Shown: one piece after another, positions 19,064 to 28,307 of the stretch | Position numbering within the stretch: the first letter of the stretch is position 1 | How the letters are laid out: the number at the start of each line of letters is the position of its first letter | Source of the DNA: Bacteroidota bacterium | Lineage (GTDB): Bacteria > Bacteroidota > Bacteroidia > Chitinophagales > Chitinophagaceae | Direction: 5' to 3' | Assembly (NCBI GenBank): GCA_947461595.1 | Contig: CANHLZ010000001.1 | Location: forward strand, 1-46,571 | Length of the DNA stretch: 46,571 nucleotides | Notes under the pieces: model-generated | What the model was told of the DNA's origin: nothing | Databases searched by the model: none | The model's input: the letters and a program-made list of their open reading frames with translations, nothing else | Made by a program: the position numbers and the translations under genes

Positions 19064-20677
19064 ATGAAAAAGAGTTTACTTTTTACATTTATTTTTTTCA
19101 TTGGTTTTTTATCCAAATTAGCGGCACAAGAAGTGTATGAAAATCAGAATGCCGAAATATATAATTATTTATCCAGGATGGCTCAAAAAGGAATCATAGA
19201 TTTCGAAGACCATATAAGACCACTAACCAGATCATATTTAAATACATGCCTAGATAGTGTAAAAGCTAAAAAACAGCAACTTAGTCCAATTGAAAAAGAA
19301 GAATTGGCTTTTTATATACAAGAATACAATTCCATTATTAAAAGCGAAATACAATTAGACAACCAAGTTCAGTTTTTTAAAAAAGATAAGGTAGGCAGAT
19401 GGAGAAGCATGTTTGCAGAAAATGCCAACGCACGCATCTATGTTGAGCCAGTTTTTTCGGGAGCCTTGGTAGAAGGCACTCATATTAGTTATAAAGAGCA
19501 AAGTGCTGGGTTTCGTTTTTTTGGTACTGCTGGGAAACACTTTAGTTATCAATTTTTTGCAAATGATGTGAATTTAGATGGCAAGGGTTATGATACCACA
19601 AGATTAAATTCCAATCAGACTGGTTTTGTTCGAAAAGATACTTCAAAACAAAAGAGTTTAAATTTTGTAGAATTTAGAGGAAGTATTAATTATAGTTTTA
19701 AAAATGGAAATATAAGTTTTGGGCAGGATCATTTATTATATGGTTATGGAGAAAACGGAAGGGTGGTATTGTCTGATAAAGCCCCTGCCTTTCCTTTTTT
19801 AAGATTTGATTATAGCCCTTTTCCTTGGTTAAGGTTTAATAATACACATGCTTGGTTAAATTCTAAAATAATAGATTCAAGTAAAACTTATGGAACCGGA
19901 AATGAAATATTTGGGGGCGTTCGCCAAATATTTATTCCTAAGTTTATGGCTACACACAGTATACTTATAAAAGCAGCTAAAGGATTGGATATTAGTGCAG
20001 GAGAGTCGATCATTTATAGTGATCGCTTTGATGTTGGATATTTAATTCCTGTTATGTTTTTTAAATTGTATGACCAGATGGTCAACAATAGTCATATTCA
20101 AGCTGGATCCAATGAGCAATTGTTTTTTAACATCAGTAGTCGAAATCAATTAAAAAACACTCATTTATATTCAAGTGTATTTATTGACGAGATAAGAATT
20201 AGCACCATTTTTGACAAAACTAAAAGTCGCAACCAATTAGGATATACCATTGGAGCTGCCATTACCGACTTCCCTATTAAATATTTAACTTTTAATGCCG
20301 AATATACAGGCATCAAGCCTTTTGTTTACAATAACCTAATTCCTGCTCAAACCTATACCCATCAAGGCTATAATTTAGGCGATTGGATGGGTAGTAATGC
20401 TGATAGGCTTTTATTTTCCATTAAGTATACCCCTATAGCAAAATTAAAATTAATGGTTCGTTATCAAGCCTTACGCAATGGAGATAAAGGCAGTATGGTA
20501 GACCAATATTTACTAGCGTCTCAACCCCCCTTTTTATTTGGGAATTTGATGAGCAGAAAGGAGCTGTATCTGCAATCTTCTTATGAGCTATATAACGGAT
20601 TGGTTTTTAAAGCCTGGTATAGTAAATGGAGCGGTAATATCTCTAGCTGGAGCATGGGGGTGAATTACGGTTTTTAG
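19064..20677 (+). CDS. Wzi-like capsule-assembly outer-membrane beta-barrel
   Basis: Start re-assigned to ATG 19064 (MKKSLLF signal peptide). YGYGENGRVVLSDKAP motif, terminal aromatic residue (GVNYGF). Confidence 0.65.
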   Translation: MKKSLLFTFIFFIGFLSKLAAQEVYENQNAEIYNYLSRMAQKGIIDFEDHIRPLTRSYLNTCLDSVKAKKQQLSPIEKEELAFYIQEYNSIIKSEIQLDNQVQFFKKDKVGRWRSMFAENANARIYVEPVFSGALVEGTHISYKEQSAGFRFFGTAGKHFSYQFFANDVNLDGKGYDTTRLNSNQTGFVRKDTSKQKSLNFVEFRGSINYSFKNGNISFGQDHLLYGYGENGRVVLSDKAPAFPFLRFDYSPFPWLRFNNTHAWLNSKIIDSSKTYGTGNEIFGGVRQIFIPKFMATHSILIKAAKGLDISAGESIIYSDRFDVGYLIPVMFFKLYDQMVNNSHIQAGSNEQLFFNISSRNQLKNTHLYSSVFIDEIRISTIFDKTKSRNQLGYTIGAAITDFPIKYLTFNAEYTGIKPFVYNNLIPAQTYTHQGYNLGDWMGSNADRLLFSIKYTPIAKLKLMVRYQALRNGDKGSMVDQYLLASQPPFLFGNLMSRKELYLQSSYELYNGLVFKAWYSKWSGNISSWSMGVNYGF

Positions 20678-20680
20678 CCT

Positions 20681-20688
20681 TATATTTG
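20681..20688 (+). promoter_or_regulatory. Bacteroidota -7 box (TATATTTG), internal promoter for the second SLBB/Wzz pair
   Basis: Exact TAnnTTTG match about 20 nt upstream of ATG 20708. Confidence 0.55.
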
Positions 20689-20707
20689 CTTTATTTTAAT
20701 TTTGAAA

Positions 20708-23035
20708 ATGAAGCCAAAACAAATTTACCTATTGAATAAGTTAATTGCATTAATAGCGTTCCTGATGATCATTGGGAATCAATCATTTGCCCAAACTAAT
20801 AATACGGGAATTCCAAGTTTAAAATTGGGTAAACTTTCAGATCAGCAATTATTAAAAACCTGGCAGCAAACCCAACAATCGGGTTTATCTGAATCAGAGG
20901 GAATTAACCAATTGGTTAGAAAAGGACTTGACCCCGCCGATGTAAACACTTACAAAAAAAGGTTATTACAATTACAAGGCATGTCTAGAGCAACTAATTC
21001 TGGAGCAAAGCCTTTAATTAAGGACTCGGCTAGTTTCATGCAAGACAGTACTTGGGTGAGTGAAATTCCAAAAATTAAAGCCAGATCACGTTATTATGGC
21101 TATGAATATTTTAGTAATCCTACGCCTTTATTTCAACCTGACGCCCGTGTTGCCACTCCATTAAATTATGTATTAGGACCTGGTGATGAACTGGCTATAA
21201 GTATTACCGGTATCCATATAAAAGACATGAATTTACGAATAAGTCCAGAGGGAAATATTCAATTAGAATACCTTGGATTTATTGCTTTAAATGGTTTAAC
21301 TATTGAAGAAGCTACCAGAAAAATTAAATCGAAACTCTCCTCTATCTATACTCAATTAAATAATGGGAAAGATCAATTGTCTGTTACATTAAGTAATGTT
21401 AGATCCATTAGGGTAACTATAATAGGCGAGGCGGAAACCCCCGGTGATTATGTAATGAATGCGCAGGCGGGATTTTTTAATGTGCTTTATTTATCTAACG
21501 GGCCTACTGTAAATGGATCCTTACGTAAAATTGATTTAATTAGAAATAATAAAGTCATTGACAGTGTCGATTTTTACGAGTTCCTACAAAAAGGCATCAC
21601 TAAAAAAAATATTAGATTACAAGACCAAGACATTATAAGATATAGAAATTATCAAAAAAAATTAATCTTAAGTGGCGAAGTGAAACGTCCTGCCATTTAT
21701 GAATTAATAGACAGAGAAACACTGGCCGATGGTTTGAATTATGCAGGAGGCTTAAATCCGTCCGCCATAAAAGATATGGCAAAAATAGTGCAAAATGATA
21801 CCAGAAGCTTATTGGTTAAAGATGTCGCGGTTAACGACTTTGCATTAAATATCCCACGCAATGGCGATTCTGTTTTTATTGATAAAATATTGGATGTGTA
21901 TACGAACTTGGTGGTATTAGAGGGAGCAGTTTATCGCCCAGGAAATTATGAATTAACCACTCAATTAAGTGTTGGAAAATTAATAAAAAGAGCAGATGGT
22001 TTAAGAGAAAACGCCTACTCAAATAGAGCTTACATTAAAAGAAATAGGCCAGGTCAAGAGCCAGCATTAATTTCTTTCGATCTTAAAAAGATATTAGCCG
22101 GTATAGAACCAGATATCTTATTATACAAAGAGGATACCGTTTTTATTGCATCAGATGAAGAGTTAAAAAAGAATTTAATGGTAAGCATTGCGGGTGCTGT
22201 TAAAAATCCAGGTAATTACGCTTACCGTCGTGGAATGCATTTAGAAGATTTAATATTAATGGCCAATGGGTTTAACAATGATGCGGCCAATCACAAAGTG
22301 GAGATTTCAAGACTAAGTAAAAATAGAGCTGATACATTGGCCAATCAATTGATGGATATTCTTATTGTTAATGTAGATACCAGTTTAAAAAATACCACCG
22401 AAACCAATACGCTTGAACCACTTGATTATATTTTTGTTCCTAAACTACTCAACTATAGAAATTTAGGCGCTATCAAATTAGGGGGCGAAGTTTTGTATGC
22501 TGGAGAATATGCACTTGAAAAAAGAAATGAAACAGTACAAGAAGTAATTGCGCGTGCAGGAGGAATTTCTCCTTATGCTTCTCTTTCTGATGTACAGGTT
22601 TTTAGAAATTCATTGCGTGTAGGAACTAATGTTTTAGCCAATGTTAAAGACAATGATGCTTTATTATTGTTACGAGCAGGAGATAGTATATATGTACCAA
22701 GAAACGAGCCCTTTGTAGAAGTAAAAGGTGCCGTATTTAATCCACAAATCTTAAGTTACGAATCGGGAAATTTTAAATCTTATATATCTGAAGCAGGAGG
22801 TGTAACCGATAAAGGCAATTTAAAAAAGGCCTACGTTCAATATAGCAGTGGAATTAATCGAAAAATAAGACATTTCTTATTTTTTAGAAATTACCCAAGA
22901 ATTTATCCTGGTAGTAAAATTATTGTTCCCGAAAAAACAGAATCAGATCGTAAAGGAATGTCCATCATAGAAGTATCTGCTTTAACTGGATCTTTGTCTG
23001 CCCTTATTAGTTTAATTAGTATTCTTAAAAAGTAG
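20708..23035 (+). CDS. SLBB-repeat polysaccharide export protein, second paralog
   Basis: NYVLGPGDEL, GEVKRPAIY, GAVYRPGNY, GAVKNPG, C-terminal hydrophobic helix. Confidence 0.9.
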   Translation: MKPKQIYLLNKLIALIAFLMIIGNQSFAQTNNTGIPSLKLGKLSDQQLLKTWQQTQQSGLSESEGINQLVRKGLDPADVNTYKKRLLQLQGMSRATNSGAKPLIKDSASFMQDSTWVSEIPKIKARSRYYGYEYFSNPTPLFQPDARVATPLNYVLGPGDELAISITGIHIKDMNLRISPEGNIQLEYLGFIALNGLTIEEATRKIKSKLSSIYTQLNNGKDQLSVTLSNVRSIRVTIIGEAETPGDYVMNAQAGFFNVLYLSNGPTVNGSLRKIDLIRNNKVIDSVDFYEFLQKGITKKNIRLQDQDIIRYRNYQKKLILSGEVKRPAIYELIDRETLADGLNYAGGLNPSAIKDMAKIVQNDTRSLLVKDVAVNDFALNIPRNGDSVFIDKILDVYTNLVVLEGAVYRPGNYELTTQLSVGKLIKRADGLRENAYSNRAYIKRNRPGQEPALISFDLKKILAGIEPDILLYKEDTVFIASDEELKKNLMVSIAGAVKNPGNYAYRRGMHLEDLILMANGFNNDAANHKVEISRLSKNRADTLANQLMDILIVNVDTSLKNTTETNTLEPLDYIFVPKLLNYRNLGAIKLGGEVLYAGEYALEKRNETVQEVIARAGGISPYASLSDVQVFRNSLRVGTNVLANVKDNDALLLLRAGDSIYVPRNEPFVEVKGAVFNPQILSYESGNFKSYISEAGGVTDKGNLKKAYVQYSSGINRKIRHFLFFRNYPRIYPGSKIIVPEKTESDRKGMSIIEVSALTGSLSALISLISILKK

Positions 23036-23042
23036 CTATAAA

Positions 23043-24125
23043 ATGAATCAAACTATCAATAACAAAGAAGAAGCTCCCTTTTTATTGGCATCCCTCCTGC
23101 AAAATATTGCATCTTATTATAAATCTTTATTAGGCCATTGGAAAATTTTAGTCCTCATGGGCCTCATTGGTTTAGTATTAGGTTCCGCTTATGTTTTGAT
23201 AAAAAATGATACTTATACCGCTTCAACCACTTTTGTAGTAGAGGACAATAAATCGGCTAGCGGCGGAATAGCTTCCGCTTTAGCAGGTCAATTTGGTTTT
23301 GATATTGGAGGATTATCAAGCGGCAGTGGTGTTTTACAAGGCGATAATGTATTAGGCTTATTAAAAAGTAAAACCCTAATTAAAAAAGCATTGTTGACTA
23401 CTGTTGACTCAGTTGGTTCCGTCTCTGTTGCCGACTTATATGCCAACGCCTATGGCTATAGTCAAAAATGGTTAAAAAGTAAAGAAGTAGGCTATCAAGT
23501 TAGATTTAATTCAAATCCATTAAATAATGTTCGATTAGAGGATAGTTTATTACATGTTATTATCAAAAGAATTACCACTAAGGAATTATCAATTTTGAAA
23601 CCAGATAAGAAATTAAGTTTATTCTCTATAGACGTAACTACCCGAAATGAAAACTTAAGTAAGCTTTTATGCGAAAGAATATTAAAAGTAACTTCCGAAT
23701 TTTACATCGCTACTAAAACAAAACGGATTAGAGGAAATGTAGATCGTTTACAACAGCGGGTAGATAGCTTAAAAATGATACTCAATCAAAAAACATCTTC
23801 TTCCATTGATGCAAGCAGAGATTTGCTAGATATTAATCCTGTGTTTTCTCAAAACCAAGAAGTGAATGCAGAAATTTCTGGAAGAGATAAAATAGTTCAA
23901 GCCACTGTATTTGCAGAATTGACAAAGAATTTAGAAGCCAGTAAAACCATATTATTGCAAGAAACGCCAACGATTCAAGTGGTAGATGCACCCGAACTGC
24001 CCTTAAAAAAGAATGAGACCAGTTGGCTATTTTCAATTTTCATAGGAATAGCTTCATTGGAAGCATTAACCATAATTGGTTTATTCTTTTTTAAAAAAGT
24101 GGAAGTCTTAAAACCGGTAAGCTAA
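23043..24125 (+). CDS. Wzz/polysaccharide co-polymerase, second paralog
   Basis: Two TMs, LAGQFGFDIGG, ETPTIQVVDAPELP. Confidence 0.85.
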   Translation: MNQTINNKEEAPFLLASLLQNIASYYKSLLGHWKILVLMGLIGLVLGSAYVLIKNDTYTASTTFVVEDNKSASGGIASALAGQFGFDIGGLSSGSGVLQGDNVLGLLKSKTLIKKALLTTVDSVGSVSVADLYANAYGYSQKWLKSKEVGYQVRFNSNPLNNVRLEDSLLHVIIKRITTKELSILKPDKKLSLFSIDVTTRNENLSKLLCERILKVTSEFYIATKTKRIRGNVDRLQQRVDSLKMILNQKTSSSIDASRDLLDINPVFSQNQEVNAEISGRDKIVQATVFAELTKNLEASKTILLQETPTIQVVDAPELPLKKNETSWLFSIFIGIASLEALTIIGLFFFKKVEVLKPVS

Positions 24126-25673
24126 AGAAATATTGGTATGAAAATTAAATAAGTCATACCCATTTTCATAATACCCCTGCCCTTCTAAAATATACCATTG
24201 ATAATTTAAAGCTCTACTAAAAGCCATATTTGAACTAAGCAAGAAACGCTTGTATTGATAATTGGCAATAACGGTAGTAGATACATCCACCCAATGTCTT
24301 GTAGCATCATTAGTAGCAGTAAAAGCATTATAATAAAAATCATTATTGTGTACTACTCTGTCAAATTTTAGACCTAATTTGGAAAACCCTTGCACAAAAC
24401 CAATAGCGATGGTTTGTATATTACTTCCAGGGCCTACCGCCGCGCCTAATAATTGACCTTCATGGGTATATCCATGTTGCACTAGCTCACTAGTATACCA
24501 GCTTTTACCTTGGAAAGTTAAATCAGTAGTGGGTAATTGAAGTTGAGTAAACTCAGCTGCTAATTCAATAAATCGATGTTTACGCCTATCTTGAATAGGA
24601 ACCAATTTTCTAACCCCTGCCACATACGCTCTTGGATAATTACTTTCATTGGCAATATTAATAGGAGTAGGCGATTTATCATTCCGCCCAAATTCAAAAT
24701 ATAATTCTGCATTGTCTTTAGGCATAACATAGCGAGAAAATAAAGAACCCATTGTCGCAGCCGTTTTCCCAGTGTATCCATAGCGCACAGTGGTAAATCC
24801 AACAAAAAAATGCGGTGTCCATTTGGGTTGCCAACTAAAGATAAGGCCTTGAATATTTCTGGCATCGGTAGGCTTTGGCTTGTAGAGTAAGGCTCCATTG
24901 TCATATCTGTAATGATCGGGAGGTAAGATACCAGAAGACGCTAAGCTCCCAGCAATAGCTTGCCATTCAATGGCTCCATATTTTGTATCTATGGGTTCAA
25001 CAGTATTAACGGTAAAATGCTTAAACCCTGCTGCATTATTACTCAGGATTAAAGCATTGAATCGGCCTGGTCCCCACCACAAATTCTCATTCGACACCCC
25101 CAATTCAATTTTTTTATACTTATATTTTAAACTGGTTTGACCTAATAAAAATTTTCGATAAGAGCTCGTCCCAAAACTTTCAGGATTGTCAATGGTATTT
25201 AACCATCTATAATATTGTTTCCAAAAGACTGGATAATGCTCGGTTGGAAAGGTTTCAAAGGGTAAGTTCTGCGCAGTAATATATTCAGGCTTGATATTTA
25301 AACTAAAATTTTTAAAAGAAAATTTAACCCCTCCCGATAAAACCCATTGCATGCCTTTGCTTGGTATCATAGAACCATCATTAGTTCCATAAGGAATTTC
25401 ACTATTAAATTGAGCCGTTCGATTAAAGGGCAAAAAGGAAATATTCACTTTTTTGTACTTAAAGGAACTATTTTTATACCCATTGATAGAATCGACCATC
25501 CTTAAATTAGAAGAAAAAGAATTAATAAGTAAGCTATTGGGTAAACCAAGTTCGCCAGTTAATTGTGTACGTCTAATAAAATCATTGGCGCCATCCCCTA
25601 ACATAGAGCTGGACTGTGCCCAATTTTTTTCAATCAATAAGCTAAGTATAAAATACAATATGCAACGTTTCAT
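24108..25673 (-). CDS. Capsule assembly Wzi family beta-barrel
   Basis: SNENLWWGPGRFNALILSNNAAGF, GYTHEGQLLGA, terminal YRF. Confidence 0.8.
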   Translation of the reverse strand: MKRCILYFILSLLIEKNWAQSSSMLGDGANDFIRRTQLTGELGLPNSLLINSFSSNLRMVDSINGYKNSSFKYKKVNISFLPFNRTAQFNSEIPYGTNDGSMIPSKGMQWVLSGGVKFSFKNFSLNIKPEYITAQNLPFETFPTEHYPVFWKQYYRWLNTIDNPESFGTSSYRKFLLGQTSLKYKYKKIELGVSNENLWWGPGRFNALILSNNAAGFKHFTVNTVEPIDTKYGAIEWQAIAGSLASSGILPPDHYRYDNGALLYKPKPTDARNIQGLIFSWQPKWTPHFFVGFTTVRYGYTGKTAATMGSLFSRYVMPKDNAELYFEFGRNDKSPTPINIANESNYPRAYVAGVRKLVPIQDRRKHRFIELAAEFTQLQLPTTDLTFQGKSWYTSELVQHGYTHEGQLLGAAVGPGSNIQTIAIGFVQGFSKLGLKFDRVVHNNDFYYNAFTATNDATRHWVDVSTTVIANYQYKRFLLSSNMAFSRALNYQWYILEGQGYYENGYDLFNFHTNISLAYRF

Positions 25674-25682
25674 GAATAATTT

Positions 25683-27182
25683 TTATTTACGAGGAAATAT
25701 ATATTGAATACTAATTTTACTATGAAAGTTTAATTTTGTTAACTCTTTCTCCCACATATAATTGGAACTATTGATAAGTTGTAGGGCGCCTCCAATAATA
25801 TAATTTTTATATTTTACCTGAGGCAGTATCCCTATACTTAAATCAATCCATTTATTGCCATGGTATTCTGGATCACGATCGGTACGCTCTAAAAGAATAC
25901 CTAATTTTGTATATCCATTGACCCATATAGCAGAAATGATTTGTTTATTGGCTGCATAACCTGCTCCAGCGCCTAGTATTTGATTATAATGGGTATAACC
26001 CTGGCCTATTTGTCCATGTACATACCAATTACCCGCAGATCGCAAAATGGCATCCGGTGATTGACTCAACTGCGTAATTTCAAGATTAAAATCGAGGTAG
26101 GTATTTTTATTTAATGGTTTTATTTTTTTAAACCCAATCACATGTGTAGCAGAATGTGTTGGTGCCATTAAATAATCTCTTGTATTGGCACCATAATCAT
26201 TAAAACCATATTCAACATAAAATTCTGCTTTAGATTTTGGCATGACCCAACGAATAAAAAAGGAACCCAATTGATCAGTTTTTAAAGTGTCATCGTACCA
26301 ATCATTTTTTTTCTGTAAAGTTTTACCAAGGATGGGTAAATATTTACTAAAAAAACTACTGGTACCTATATTCAATTCCTTTTCATAGCGATTCAAGCTT
26401 CTATTGATGCCCAAAAATAAACCAGGCACCCACTTGGGATGATAACTTAATACATACCCATTGGAATAACGTGCATTATTAGCAATGCCTGAGTTAGGTT
26501 TTAAATGGAAATTTTCATAAGGCATGGCAGTATCATTCTGCAATCGCCCGCCGATCAATTGAAATTCAAAACTACCAATAGGCGTTTTTATTGGACGTCT
26601 GGTTTTAAGATAAAGATGCTCAAAACCTGGGGCATTGTTGCTCATTAAAAGCGCACTGGTCATGCCCGGCCCCCACCATAAATTTTGAGTACTAAGACCA
26701 ATACTAATTGCACTCACAGATAGGCTAATACTAGATTGACCAGGGAATAACTTTTTATACGGCTGCTGATTACTATAACCATATTGTGCATTATCCTCAT
26801 AACTTGTATTGGATGCATAGATATACTGAGGTTGTAATTGAAGCTGCAATGGACCAGCCTTCGCATATATTCCAGCACTTATTTGAGTCTGATAGCCATT
26901 AGCGGGAATCATTGGCCCGTCATTATATCCATAAGGGTGATGGCTATTGTATTGATTGATGAATGCAATAGGTAAAGGTTTCCAATAAAAAAATGGACGC
27001 TTTGCATTATCAGTTATTTCTGTTGATTGAATCGTATACGATTTTAAAGAATCCGTTCCTTTTAAAAGCTGTTGGTTCCTGGCATCTTGCTGTAGCAAAG
27101 AGCCTAATTCATTATTTTGAGCAATTCCATTAATGGAGATGGCTAAAAATATAAAATAATATATTTTAGTAAATAGTTTCAA
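25683..27182 (-). CDS. Capsule assembly Wzi family beta-barrel, tandem paralog
   Basis: STQNLWWGPGMTSALLMSNNAPGF, GYTHYNQILGAG. Confidence 0.8.
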   Translation of the reverse strand: MKLFTKIYYFIFLAISINGIAQNNELGSLLQQDARNQQLLKGTDSLKSYTIQSTEITDNAKRPFFYWKPLPIAFINQYNSHHPYGYNDGPMIPANGYQTQISAGIYAKAGPLQLQLQPQYIYASNTSYEDNAQYGYSNQQPYKKLFPGQSSISLSVSAISIGLSTQNLWWGPGMTSALLMSNNAPGFEHLYLKTRRPIKTPIGSFEFQLIGGRLQNDTAMPYENFHLKPNSGIANNARYSNGYVLSYHPKWVPGLFLGINRSLNRYEKELNIGTSSFFSKYLPILGKTLQKKNDWYDDTLKTDQLGSFFIRWVMPKSKAEFYVEYGFNDYGANTRDYLMAPTHSATHVIGFKKIKPLNKNTYLDFNLEITQLSQSPDAILRSAGNWYVHGQIGQGYTHYNQILGAGAGYAANKQIISAIWVNGYTKLGILLERTDRDPEYHGNKWIDLSIGILPQVKYKNYIIGGALQLINSSNYMWEKELTKLNFHSKISIQYIFPRK

Positions 27183-27187
27183 GGGCT

Positions 27188-28144
27188 TTATACGGATAAT
27201 TCTTCTTTGATTAGAATTGATATCAATTCCTTTAATTTTACGCTCGACTCCCAGGACAATAGTTTTTTTGCCATCCTTGGATCTGCTTGACCTAATTTTA
27301 AATCGGAGGGGCGATATAAATTTTTATCAACGATAAGATGATCTTCCCAATTTAATTTTAATTGGTTAAATACCTCAACAACAAAGTCTTGTAATGAATT
27401 GGTTTCACCAGTAGCAATAATAAAGTCAATGGGTTCATGATGTTGAAGCATCTTCCACATCGCTTCTACATATTCAGGGGCCCAACCCCAATCTCGCTTG
27501 ATAGAGGTATCGCCTAATGCTAATTTTTCTTGACTCCCATTATAAATTCTACAAGCAGTGGCAATTATTTTTCTCGTAACAAATCGTTCTGGTCTTAATC
27601 CAGATTCGTGATTGAATAAAATTCCAGTGACAGAAAATAATTTATACGCTTTTCTATAATTGTCCACTTGCCAAAATGCTGCTGATTTGGCTACCCCATA
27701 TGGACTCACCGGCATAAAAGGGCTTTGCTCATTTACAATCCTATTTTCGGTATCACCAAAACATTCACTGGAACCAGCATTGTAAAATTTAATACTACTA
27801 TTGGTAAATCGAATGGCTTCTAACAAATTTAGCGTGCCAATCATATTGCTTTCATAGGTGGCTAATGGTTGTTCAAATGACAAACCAACAGAACTTTGTC
27901 CTGCTAAATTATAAATTTCGTCTGGTTTATTTTTTACTACTACATGTAAAACACTATTAAAATCATCTAGTGACATAGTTTCTATAGCAACTTTATCATG
28001 AATTTGTAATTTTTTTAGGTTAGCTAAATTAGAAATGGCAGCATCTCTGGAGGTTCCAATGACATCATACCCCTTATTCAACAATAATTTTGCTAAATAA
28101 GCACCATCCTGCCCTGTAATGCCTGTAATAAGTGCCTTTTTCAT
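27188..28144 (-). CDS. gmd: GDP-mannose 4,6-dehydratase family SDR
   Basis: TGITGQDGAYL, NLAGQSSV, SSECFG, SPYGVAK, GILFNHES, RDWG. Confidence 0.9.
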   Translation of the reverse strand: MKKALITGITGQDGAYLAKLLLNKGYDVIGTSRDAAISNLANLKKLQIHDKVAIETMSLDDFNSVLHVVVKNKPDEIYNLAGQSSVGLSFEQPLATYESNMIGTLNLLEAIRFTNSSIKFYNAGSSECFGDTENRIVNEQSPFMPVSPYGVAKSAAFWQVDNYRKAYKLFSVTGILFNHESGLRPERFVTRKIIATACRIYNGSQEKLALGDTSIKRDWGWAPEYVEAMWKMLQHHEPIDFIIATGETNSLQDFVVEVFNQLKLNWEDHLIVDKNLYRPSDLKLGQADPRMAKKLLSWESSVKLKELISILIKEELSV

Positions 28145-28164
28145 AAATAGTAGCTTACTTATTA

Positions 28165-28172
28165 CAAATTTA
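28165..28172 (-). promoter_or_regulatory. Bacteroidota -7 box (TAAATTTG) for gmd-wzi-wzi
   Basis: Exact TAnnTTTG match about 20 nt upstream of the gmd ATG. Confidence 0.55.
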
Positions 28173-28307
28173 CTTATAAATATTCAAAATTAAACGGCTT
28201 AATTTCTTCAATAAACAGCATGCATGAACCCATCTTGCCAATCAAAATAGGCCTGTACCAAATTATATACATTTGATAAAAATAAGTAAGCCAATTAGAA
28301 TAGTTTA

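Noticed and set aside
28176-28274. 32-codon minus-strand ORF (MYIIWYRP...) in the spacer upstream of gmd
   Set aside because: It is too short, has no motif and runs into the gmd promoter region. It may be a remnant but is unsupported.
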